Shown here: in pieces, positions 1-7,916 of the stretch
Numbering within the stretch: position 1 is the first letter of the stretch
Layout: every line of letters begins with the position of its first letter
Assembly: GCA_036012755.1 (NCBI GenBank)
Contig: DASCPX010000144.1
Coordinates: forward strand, 1-11,897
Source of the DNA: Myxococcota bacterium
GTDB lineage: Bacteria; Myxococcota_A; UBA796; CAJQPC01
Direction: 5' to 3'
DNA: 11,897 nucleotides
The notes under the pieces: model-generated
Told to the model about the DNA's origin: nothing
The model's input: the letters and a program-made list of their open reading frames with translations, nothing else
The model's database searches: none
Made by a program: the position numbers and the translations under genes

Positions 1-290
1 AGGCCCTCATCGGCCCCGCTCCCGTTGCTTTCTGGTGGCGTCGGAACCGACAGCATCACCCGGAGCCCGGCCTTGCCGGTCGGGTTCCCGATGTCGGCCA
101 GGCACATCCCGCCGTCCATCCCGGTGTCGCCGATAGTGCCGTGATTCGTGTCGGCCTTCACCCTCTGGGTAGTCCCCCATGTGGTGTCAGCGTGAAACGT
201 GGCGTTCGGGTCCGTGGTCGTCCCGTTGGTCAGATCGACAGCCGTGAGGGTGGCCGCCGCTGCCGTCGCGGTGTGCTTCGGTCTACCCAT
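1..290 (-). CDS. Partial ORF running off the left edge; Thr/Gly/Asp-rich hypothetical protein, possibly a tail fibre or receptor-binding virion protein
   Basis: Not in the ORF track. ATG at 290-288 overlaps the upstream TAG (ATGGGTAG). Frame is open to base 1: MGRPKHTATAAAATLTAVDLTNGTTTDPNATFHADTTWGTTQRVKADTNHGTIGDTGMDGGMCLADIGNPTGKAGLRVMLSVPTPPESNGSGADEG... Product is inferred only from position after the tail-tip genes. Confidence 0.7.
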   Translation of the reverse strand, partial: MGRPKHTATAAAATLTAVDLTNGTTTDPNATFHADTTWGTTQRVKADTNHGTIGDTGMDGGMCLADIGNPTGKAGLRVMLSVPTPPESNGSGADEG

Positions 291-630
291 CGTTCTGCTC
301 TTCGCAGTGGACGTAGCAGTAGCCGGAGGCGGATGCGCCCGCGACGAAGACCGACCAGGTCGCCGCCTCGACGCGCCGGCCGCCGGACTGGGAGACCGGA
401 TACATCGCGCCCGACGGGATGATGAGCACGTCCGAGCCGATGGCGGCGGCGTCCGTGCCGGTGTGCGCGAACTTCCCCTCCTCGGCGGCGTCGGCCGAGG
501 TCGTGAAGTACAGGGTGATCCGCGCGTAGCGCTTAGGGATCTGGATCTCGCGGGCGTTGCCGGGGGTTCCGTCCATGGTCACCCGCTTGGTGACGTTGGG
601 TCCGGCGTCAACGATCGTAGTGGCTGCCAT
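283..630 (-). CDS. Hypothetical 115-aa beta-rich protein, probably a small tail-associated virion protein
   Basis: Start reassigned from 750 to ATG 630 (MAATTIVDAG...) because AGGAG (640-636) lies 5 nt upstream and the 750-631 extension is Arg/Pro/Ser-rich with poor codon usage. Alternating hydrophobic strands; lies downstream of the hub gene. Confidence 0.75.
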   Translation of the reverse strand: MAATTIVDAGPNVTKRVTMDGTPGNAREIQIPKRYARITLYFTTSADAAEEGKFAHTGTDAAAIGSDVLIIPSGAMYPVSQSGGRRVEAATWSVFVAGASASGYCYVHCEEQNDG

Positions 631-754
631 GAGGGCTCCTCGCGGGAATAGGCCGCGCTTGAGGGTCGAAGGGGATGTGATGCTGGTTCTTCTTCTGGGG
701 GGCGAGGACGCCGGCGCCGTCCGAGGTGACGCACATCGAGCGGCAAGCACTCAT
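608..754 (-). CDS. Possible 48-aa microprotein or leader ORF (MSACRSMCVTSDGAGVLAPQKKNQHHIPFDPQARPIPARSPHGSHYDR)
   Basis: ATGA overlap with the hub stop (754-751); GGAG about 9 nt upstream; codons 4-30 end in G/C in 26 of 27 cases. Against: 23-nt overlap with the next gene and no recognisable motif. Confidence 0.35.
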   Translation of the reverse strand: MSACRSMCVTSDGAGVLAPQKKNQHHIPFDPQARPIPARSPHGSHYDR

Positions 755-2388
755 GCTGCGCTCTCCCGCGTGTCGCGTGCCGGGTCCTCGACGATCCACA
801 GGTCGAGCTCGAGGGTCCCGGTGTCCGACCATCCGATCTCTCGGACGAGACACACCTGAGACGTGAGGTGCAGATCCGCGCTGGTCAGCGTGACGACGGC
901 GCCGGGCTCGAGATGCCCGTATTCGCTGGAGACCTCGTAGCGGATCGAGCGATGCAGGAACCCGCTCGCCCGGAGCTTCCAAGCCATGACCAGGCCAGCC
1001 GTCGCGGTGTCGAAGATCACCGTTGACGACAGCGACTCCACCGCCTGGCCGTAGCGTGAGGTGCTGACCTTTGAGTAGAGACTGGCCTGCTGCTCTGTGT
1101 CGGATGTGTCCGGGTCAGCCAGCAGCGTCGACGATCTCCGCGGTGCGTCCCACTTGTCCGAGACCGCCCAGTCGAGTCGGAACTCGTTCGCCACGTCTCG
1201 ACGGCCCCGATCCCTGGACACCGGGCCGAGCCGGGCCACGCCCGCGCCCTCTGTGAGGGTCTCCACTGCATCAGCGGCGGAGGCGTCCAGGCGCCAGACG
1301 AGCACGTATAGCCCCCCGGGCCCCGACCGTACTGACACCGGGAGGATGTCGAGGAGGTGGTCCTCGATGTATGACCACGGAGAGGCGGCCTGGTCGATGA
1401 CGCCGGCCAGCCGAAACCGGTTCAGCCAGGCGCGGTGCGCGACGATGCGACCGAAGTCGACCGACAGCGATGACATCGAGAGCAGCCAGAGCAGGACATC
1501 ACCCGCGCCCGAGAGCTCACCTGGACCCCAGGGGTTCGGCATCCCGCCGCCGCTGGCGTCATTCCAGCCGACATAGAACTCCTGCGTTTTCCGCCGGTCG
1601 GAGCCCGAGCTACCGATCGAGGTGACGTCGACGGTGGAGACCGTGCGCCCGAGAAGGTCGGTCTCGGTGGTGACGGCTAGGTCGTTGTTCCCCTTGTCGT
1701 TGAAGACGCGCACCGTCGTCGCGTTGACTTGATGCCCAGCGATCAGGATCTTGTCCGCGTCCTCCGAGTCCGTGCCCGACCGCGTCAGGATCATCGTGGA
1801 GCTGCCCGAGGTCGTGGAGGCCGTGCCGTCCGCTGCCGTGTACTTCCCCGGCGTCCCGTATACGAGCGGGTAGTACCGGCCGGCATGGGCGCCGCGGAAC
1901 CCGCCCGAGCCATCGGCCCAGGTCTGCGGCGTGAGGCGTGCGCTCGGATCGTGCGTGACGCCCCGATCGTCCCAGGGCTGCTCCTCGAGGCTGAACGCGA
2001 CGGGCTCGCCCTCGGCGCCATATTCGGGCTGGACGACGGCGCCCGAGAACAGCACGCGGCGGGTCTCCCAGGTTCCGCCGCGCAGCAGCAGCGCGAGCTC
2101 GCCGGTCGCGCTGCTGAGGTCATGGCCCCGGGCCTCGAAGGCGGCGACGTTGATCGGGAAGAGGAGGTCAAAGGAGGCCGACAGCATCTCCGGCTCGTTG
2201 CTGAACGCTCGGGCGGCCTCCTGCACGGCGAGCGGCGGCAGGTGCCCGCGGTGGACGTAGGTCCCGTCATCGTGGGTCACGTTGACCGGCTCCGACGAGA
2301 ACCGGAACGTCCGGCCCGCGTACTCGATCGACAGCAGCCAGATCAGGTCCGTCCCGACGAGCTCGCCCCGATAGAACGGTCGAGCCAT
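751..2388 (-). CDS. Tail tip / baseplate hub (Tal-like) protein, 545 aa
   Basis: Second gene after the tape measure. TGATG coupling at 2388 with GAGGAG upstream. YPLVYG resembles the P-x-x-Y-G motif of siphophage tail-tip proteins; C-terminal HLEPGAVVTLT...LVREIGW resembles the LEPGDVV-type motif of hub proteins. Confidence 0.75.
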   Translation of the reverse strand: MARPFYRGELVGTDLIWLLSIEYAGRTFRFSSEPVNVTHDDGTYVHRGHLPPLAVQEAARAFSNEPEMLSASFDLLFPINVAAFEARGHDLSSATGELALLLRGGTWETRRVLFSGAVVQPEYGAEGEPVAFSLEEQPWDDRGVTHDPSARLTPQTWADGSGGFRGAHAGRYYPLVYGTPGKYTAADGTASTTSGSSTMILTRSGTDSEDADKILIAGHQVNATTVRVFNDKGNNDLAVTTETDLLGRTVSTVDVTSIGSSGSDRRKTQEFYVGWNDASGGGMPNPWGPGELSGAGDVLLWLLSMSSLSVDFGRIVAHRAWLNRFRLAGVIDQAASPWSYIEDHLLDILPVSVRSGPGGLYVLVWRLDASAADAVETLTEGAGVARLGPVSRDRGRRDVANEFRLDWAVSDKWDAPRRSSTLLADPDTSDTEQQASLYSKVSTSRYGQAVESLSSTVIFDTATAGLVMAWKLRASGFLHRSIRYEVSSEYGHLEPGAVVTLTSADLHLTSQVCLVREIGWSDTGTLELDLWIVEDPARDTRESAA

Positions 2389-5300
2389 CAGATCTCCTCG
2401 CGGATCGTGAGCTGCGACACTCGGACGACCTCGCTGCTTGCCTCGTCGCCCAGGACCGCCTCGCTTCTCACCGGGCCGATCATGCGACCGTAGACGAAGC
2501 GCTCCCGGCCGGTGAGGACCCGGGCGTCGGTCGACGGGTCTGCGGACTGCTCGAGCCGCGGGATGTAGACGACATGCTGATGCTCGCCGTCGAGCAAGTC
2601 GTACAGGCCGTCGACCTGATACGGCGTTTCCGCGAGCGCGGAGAGAGCCTCGGCGCCCGCTGACGTCGAGCCGCTGATGTAGTCGGGTGATGGCGGACTC
2701 TCAAACACCTGCGTCGTGTCGATGCCATCCTGCCAGCCGAAGCGGACCTCCCGCTGTGTCGGGCTCCACTTGCGCGAGCGGGTAGTCCAGTCGCGCGCCG
2801 TGGTCAGGTCTACGTTTGCCGTCCGCTTGACGGTGCGCCCCCAGCTCGTGTCGAGACCGAACGGCTTGACGATGACCGGGACCATCTGGCCGATCTCGAA
2901 GTAGGAGACGCCGCCCACCACGGTAGTTTGTGTCGGGATGCGGAGCCGGAGCCCGGCCGCCGTCTCTCCGAGCAGGTTGACGAAGCAGAACACGTCGCGC
3001 GCCCAGAACGAGCCGGTGCCGCTCGCCGCATCGCCTCCGACCACGCCGGAGAGGTGGGCCTTGACCTGGGGGCCAGCATAGCTGTTGTTCCACTTCCCGG
3101 CGCGCTGGAACCGGACGGGTCGGAACGTCGAGCCGTCGAGCTGGAACGTCCAGTCACGCGCCTCGTTCTCGTGCAACCAGAGTGCGTTTGCCCCGTTGGG
3201 GACCACGGAGTCCCCTACCCGCGTGAACGCGAGCCCAGACATCCCCGTCGATGCGTCGATGGCGTCGAGCTCGACCCAGCCCGACGCGCCTACGTCGTAG
3301 CGCTCAAAGCGGGCGTCAAGAAAGTTGATACCGAGGAGAGCGATCCCGATGATGTCGCCGCCCAGATCGGACTCCGCCGTCCCGAGCAGGTCCGGGTCCA
3401 GGGCGAGCGCGATGGTCTGCGCCGCCAGCGATGTCGAGCGCCAGGTCACCCGCGGGGACGGCTCCACGGTCGGGAACAGGTTCTCTATGCGGTGGGTGTA
3501 GCGCGTATCCAGGTTCCAGATCTCCGCGGCCATGGCTGGCCCATCGACCGCGGTGACCTTGACGCCATCGTCCACGTAGACGGGCGACGAAGAGAACGGG
3601 CGGCCCAGAAGGTCATCCGGGTTGGTGGGTGCTGTGACGAGGTTCGTCCCCGTGCTGGCGCCGACCGCGTACTGGACCTCGGTCCAGTCCTGGTCATAGG
3701 CCCCGATGTAAGCGAACAGGCATCCCCACTTGATGGAGTTGTTCGCGTCCGGTGTTGACATGTCGTTCGTCAATGAGCCACTGGGACCGGCTGACCAGTC
3801 CGCATCCGACCCAGCTGATGCGACCCGCCCCCAGAGGTAGACGCCGGACGAGTCCATCGCCACCAGCACCTGAACGCCAGCCGTCGTGCTGATGCTCAGA
3901 TCCGACCCGACCGTCGCGGCGGCGTTGTTGTCATGGATTCGGATCGAGCCGCTGGAGAGGCGGATCGAGATGTCGTAGTCGTTCGTGCCGTCCGCGAGTC
4001 GCAGCCGGACGGAGCAATGGTCCTGACTGATCAATCCGCCGGCGTTCACCTGGACCTGAAACTTGACGAGGTAGCCCGCGGCCACGGTGCCGCCGGGGTT
4101 CCGCTCGAAGTTTCGCATCGTGGTGTTGCCGGTGACGCTCAGGGCACCCGCGCTGAGCGCGTCTGCGCCCGCCCCCGTCGCTGTCCAGCCGGAGCTTCCC
4201 GGCACATCCAGGGGCAGATAGGAGGTGGTGAACTGGATCTGGCGATAGGCGAGTCCCGTACCCAGCGTCGAGACGTCCTCCCACTGCGGATACTCGACCG
4301 TCGTGTAGCCGCCGAGGTAGGCGACAGCGACGGAGTCGTCCACGTAGCCATTGCTGATGATGCTGTGAGTCAGCGCGATCCGGCCCTCCAAGCGCACGGC
4401 GCTGATGTCGTACATCGCCGTGCCTGCGGTGCTCGACTCGTAGACCGGCGACGCGGATCGGCGTTTAGTGCTCCACTCGTCTCGAGTTAGCGCGAGGACC
4501 ACTGGCCCGGACCCCCCAGAGAGATCCCGGAAGAAGACGAGGAGCTCGCCCTCGGGCAGCGAGACGAGGGCCGACTCGCCCGCGGTCATGGATGCCCCTG
4601 AAACCGTCGCGGCGTTGCCGTTGATGACCTCGATCGATGTGTCGTTGAACAGCGAGATGAAGGCGCTCGATGACTTGCGGATCCGTAGGTCCTGATCTGA
4701 GTGCCGACACCAGGACATCCAGACCTTACCGCCGTGGACGACCAGGTCATGGAAACCACCGGTGTCCGCCGTGTCGCTGTCCGCCGTGCTGTCGACGTAC
4801 TGCCAGCTCGCGCCGCCGTCGACGGAGCAGAACTGGAAGAACACTGACCTTGACGTCGCGCCCGTGTTGTTGTCCACCGGGTTCAGGACGATGCACACGT
4901 TCCCTTCGTGGTACACGGCCCGGATGCGCCCGGGTCGCGCCATAAGCGCGCCTGCCCCAGTGGCCTTTAGGACGAAATAGCTGACGACGTCGTTGAACGT
5001 CAGGCACTGAGCGGACGCCAGCGTCCAGGTCACCCCATCGTCAGTGGAGCGGTACATCTTCACGTTCAACGGTGTCGCGCCTACCGTCGCCGGCCCGTGG
5101 TCCCAGAACCACAGGTGAAGTGACAGATCGGGCATCTGGACGATGCAGGGGTATTGCCCATTGATGGGCGCCGTCGTGGTCGTCTCCACGCTGACCGGCG
5201 CGGCCCAGGTGCCGTCCGTGCCACGGGTGGCGGTCTTGATCCGGTAGTCGCTGCCGTCCTGGTCCTCGTAGACGATGACCATCTTTCCGTTGGCGAGGCT

Positions 5301-5672
5301 GACGGCGTGCGGGTGTGGGTCCCGCGTCGTGTTGTCGTAGGAGATCGCCTCCCAGTTCTGCACCGTCTGCGGCGGGTTCCATCCGCGCCAGTTGGTGTCC
5401 CCCGAGTACCGCCAGCCGAACCGCCCTGAACGCTCCGCGGCATCTGGCATTCCGGCGACCATCGAGCGAATCCGCAGGGCCTTGGAGGCCGACTGCGTCC
5501 CCGAGGACTTCAGCACCAGGTCCGTCGCCTGCTGCGGCTCCGGATCGCCCGGGAGCGGCCCGGCCTGCGTGTAGGAGGACTCCGCCGGCCACAGCGCTGT
5601 CGACGGATCGCGGAGGCGAGGATCAATGATGCCGAGCGCCTGGCTGCGTGCCTGTGACTTGTCAGTGGCCAT
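2388..5672 (-). CDS. Large multidomain tail protein, 1094 aa: BNR/Asp-box beta-propeller, lectin-like beta-sandwich region and C-terminal distal-tail (Dit)-like domain
   Basis: Directly follows the tape measure (TAATG at 5672). Asp-boxes YRSTDDGVTW (5025-5054) and CSVDGGASW (4803-4829); blade motifs PHAVSLANGKMVIVYE, YPCIVQMPD, ESALVSLPEGELLVFFR; C-terminal YFEIG...WGRTVKRTANV...REVRFGW...LTIREEI resembles Dit belt domains. Confidence 0.75.
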   Translation of the reverse strand: MATDKSQARSQALGIIDPRLRDPSTALWPAESSYTQAGPLPGDPEPQQATDLVLKSSGTQSASKALRIRSMVAGMPDAAERSGRFGWRYSGDTNWRGWNPPQTVQNWEAISYDNTTRDPHPHAVSLANGKMVIVYEDQDGSDYRIKTATRGTDGTWAAPVSVETTTTAPINGQYPCIVQMPDLSLHLWFWDHGPATVGATPLNVKMYRSTDDGVTWTLASAQCLTFNDVVSYFVLKATGAGALMARPGRIRAVYHEGNVCIVLNPVDNNTGATSRSVFFQFCSVDGGASWQYVDSTADSDTADTGGFHDLVVHGGKVWMSWCRHSDQDLRIRKSSSAFISLFNDTSIEVINGNAATVSGASMTAGESALVSLPEGELLVFFRDLSGGSGPVVLALTRDEWSTKRRSASPVYESSTAGTAMYDISAVRLEGRIALTHSIISNGYVDDSVAVAYLGGYTTVEYPQWEDVSTLGTGLAYRQIQFTTSYLPLDVPGSSGWTATGAGADALSAGALSVTGNTTMRNFERNPGGTVAAGYLVKFQVQVNAGGLISQDHCSVRLRLADGTNDYDISIRLSSGSIRIHDNNAAATVGSDLSISTTAGVQVLVAMDSSGVYLWGRVASAGSDADWSAGPSGSLTNDMSTPDANNSIKWGCLFAYIGAYDQDWTEVQYAVGASTGTNLVTAPTNPDDLLGRPFSSSPVYVDDGVKVTAVDGPAMAAEIWNLDTRYTHRIENLFPTVEPSPRVTWRSTSLAAQTIALALDPDLLGTAESDLGGDIIGIALLGINFLDARFERYDVGASGWVELDAIDASTGMSGLAFTRVGDSVVPNGANALWLHENEARDWTFQLDGSTFRPVRFQRAGKWNNSYAGPQVKAHLSGVVGGDAASGTGSFWARDVFCFVNLLGETAAGLRLRIPTQTTVVGGVSYFEIGQMVPVIVKPFGLDTSWGRTVKRTANVDLTTARDWTTRSRKWSPTQREVRFGWQDGIDTTQVFESPPSPDYISGSTSAGAEALSALAETPYQVDGLYDLLDGEHQHVVYIPRLEQSADPSTDARVLTGRERFVYGRMIGPVRSEAVLGDEASSEVVRVSQLTIREEI

Positions 5673-7492
5673 TACTTTCCTCGTCGTCCGGAGCGGCGCC
5701 CTCGGCGGAGCTCGCGGTTTAGCGGGCTACCCGCGATCCGCATGTTGTCCTCGACGGTGGCGTTGAACCAGCGATGTTTGACAGCGACCACGACCGGCTG
5801 GGACTGAGTGGCCGTCGCGCCGCTGTTGAGGGCATCGACACCTTCCTCGCCGAGCCGGGCGGTGGCGCTCGAGTTGAGCACCGACTCCGTCGACAGCGTC
5901 CGGACCAGGCGCTCGTCCGGAGACGTCGAGCCAGCCTGGCCGATCAGCCCGCCAGTGTGAAAGGTCGGCGGCGGAGCTGCCGCGATGGCGACTGTGCTGG
6001 CGGCGCCAATGATCGCCGCTGACGCCACGCCGGCGATCCCGAGGACGTTAGGCCACACCGGCGGCCCGAGCGATGCGATGGACGAGAGGATGGCTTGCGC
6101 GGTGTTCACGACGGCCTGGGCGAGGCCGAGCGCCTTCGACAGCCGAAACTGTCGCATCGCTGCCTTCTTCGCCGCCTCCGTCTCCTGGCCCTTCCCCTCG
6201 ATGTAGGCGTCCGTCGCCGCGCTGCTGAGCACGTCGAGCGCAGAGAAGACGCCCTCGGCCGTCGAGAGTTTCGTCTGGCTGGCCTCGACGGCTGCGTCTC
6301 GCTCCTTCTTGATCCGCGCCATCTCATCGTCGTGGGCCTTCAGCCGGGCCTTCTCGATGTCGTCGAGGTCCTTGATCTCGGCCGCCATCGCCTCGGCGGA
6401 TATCTCCGCGAGCTGGTCCTCGGTCGCGCGCATGACCTCGAGGCGGGCTTCGTCCGCGGCCTGCTGGACCTCGGCGCTCGCGGTGACCTTCTCGGCCCAC
6501 TCGTCGATCTTCGCCAGCTGCTGATCACGCTTGGCCAGGACGAGATCCGCGCCGTCGAGCTGGGACTGCGCCGCCGAGGTGGTGATGCCGTCGAGCGCCT
6601 TCACAGCTTGGGCCTCTTCGCGGGCCGCCTGGGCTGCTTCGCGCATGGCCTGTGCCTGCGCCGCCTTCGCCGCTCGGGCCTTGTCGGCGGCCTCCTTCTT
6701 CCCCTCCTCCGCCTCGCGGAGCTCCTTCGCCTTGACGATGACCTCCTCGGCGGATTCGCGATAGTCGTCCAGCCCGATCGCCGCGAGGTCGAACGCCCCG
6801 CCCGTCGCAGTGATCAGGCTGCCCAGGGGGCCGAACAGTGGCAGGAGCGCTCGGACTTCCCCGCCGACGCCCTCTACCCCTGCCGCCGCATCCACGAGCG
6901 CGAGCTCCAGCGTGAGCAGCCCAGTCGCCGCCTCGGCCACCGTCGGCGCGAACTCGGCCCCCAGGACGACCACGCCCTGCTCCGCCGCGATGGTCATGCT
7001 CGTAATCGCGTCGTTGGCCCGCATGATCGAGTCGATGCCGGCTTCGTCGACGCCCTGGAAGGCGGCGAGCTCGCGGTAGGGCTCGAGCTTCGTGGCGAGC
7101 TCGCCGCTGGCCATCACGAGCGAGACGACCGCGGCCCCCAGGCCCGCGACCGCGACCACGCCGGCCGAGGCGCCGATCGTGATGCTCGTCAATGGGTTGG
7201 CCATCCCGGCGAGGACCTTCGCGAGCTTCTCAAACTTGTCGCCCGATGCTCCCGCCATCTCGGCGAGTCCCTTGAGCCCCTCGGTCAGGTCTCGCTGGGC
7301 GCCGGCGGCCTCCCGGGCGGCGGCTTTCTGGACCTTGGCGAGCTTGTTCGCCTCCCGGGCCGCCTTCTTGAACGCCTTATCCATCTGGGCGACGGCCTTC
7401 TTCGCCTCCTTTGCGGTCATCGCCGGGAGCGTTGCGAGGGACTTGGCGACGTCCGCCATGTCCAGCGCTGAGGTCAGTTGGACGTCAGCCAC
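5672..7492 (-). CDS. Tail tape measure protein, 606 aa
   Basis: Ala/Glu/Lys-rich coiled-coil segments alternate with Gly/Ala-rich hydrophobic stretches; C-terminal FHTGGLIG...PDE...ESVLN...LG motif typical of TMP ends; lies downstream of tube and chaperone genes. GTG start at 7492 overlaps the upstream TGA by 8 nt; ATG 7459 is an alternative start (both give MADV). Confidence 0.88.
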   Translation of the reverse strand: MADVQLTSALDMADVAKSLATLPAMTAKEAKKAVAQMDKAFKKAAREANKLAKVQKAAAREAAGAQRDLTEGLKGLAEMAGASGDKFEKLAKVLAGMANPLTSITIGASAGVVAVAGLGAAVVSLVMASGELATKLEPYRELAAFQGVDEAGIDSIMRANDAITSMTIAAEQGVVVLGAEFAPTVAEAATGLLTLELALVDAAAGVEGVGGEVRALLPLFGPLGSLITATGGAFDLAAIGLDDYRESAEEVIVKAKELREAEEGKKEAADKARAAKAAQAQAMREAAQAAREEAQAVKALDGITTSAAQSQLDGADLVLAKRDQQLAKIDEWAEKVTASAEVQQAADEARLEVMRATEDQLAEISAEAMAAEIKDLDDIEKARLKAHDDEMARIKKERDAAVEASQTKLSTAEGVFSALDVLSSAATDAYIEGKGQETEAAKKAAMRQFRLSKALGLAQAVVNTAQAILSSIASLGPPVWPNVLGIAGVASAAIIGAASTVAIAAAPPPTFHTGGLIGQAGSTSPDERLVRTLSTESVLNSSATARLGEEGVDALNSGATATQSQPVVVAVKHRWFNATVEDNMRIAGSPLNRELRRGRRSGRRGK

Positions 7493-7916
7493 CGAAAGAC
7501 TCGTCGAGGTGCTTGGCGAGCGTGGCGTGGACGCGCTTGATCGTCAGCCTCTTCCGCGCTCTCAGCGCCTTGCGGGTCGCGCCCAGCGCGTGCCGCCACT
7601 TGCCGGGCTGGAGGCGGCGGCCGATCCGCGAGCTCTTGATGTACTGGGCATAGCCGGAGCTGTTCGTCAATGAGACGCCCACGCTCGGCCGGCGCGGATC
7701 GCTGAAGCCCTCCAGGCTCCAGGCTGCGAGGCTGGCGCCCGTCGCGACCGGCCAGACGGGATCGATCTCTGCCGACTGGAACGCCCGCATATCCGCCTCG
7801 AGCTCGTCGAGCGCCGGGCCGGCGACCTCACGGACCAGGCGCATGAGCTCCTCGGCCGAGTGGCCCCGGATGGTCATCGCGGCGCGGCCGCGGCCCACTC
7901 GGACAGAGGCCGGCAC
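7485..7916 (-). CDS. HK97 gp10-like (Ne1-type) neck/tail-completion protein, 143 aa
   Basis: WPVATGASLAAW and TNSSGYAQYI resemble the PVDTGxLxxSW and NxxxYAxYV motifs of the HK97 gp10 family; basic C-terminus; GTG start with GGGGAG upstream and TAGTG coupling at 7916. Confidence 0.65.
   Translation of the reverse strand: MPASVRVGRGRAAMTIRGHSAEELMRLVREVAGPALDELEADMRAFQSAEIDPVWPVATGASLAAWSLEGFSDPRRPSVGVSLTNSSGYAQYIKSSRIGRRLQPGKWRHALGATRKALRARKRLTIKRVHATLAKHLDESFGG

Noticed and set aside
631..753. Readthrough of the hub TGA into the in-frame 115-aa gene
   Set aside because: The frame is open, but 40 stop-free codons are unremarkable at this GC content, the linker has poor codon usage, and the downstream gene has its own SD.
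4290..5370. Calling the large tail protein an active sialidase
   Set aside because: Asp-boxes indicate fold only; no (F)RIP motif and catalytic residues cannot be assigned by eye.
6095..7471. Long plus-strand ORFs (458 aa here; also 1729-2493, 2928-3758, 7843-8523, 9664-10254 and others)
   Set aside because: Antisense shadows of high-GC3 minus-strand genes; Arg/Gly/Leu-rich with no recognisable motifs.
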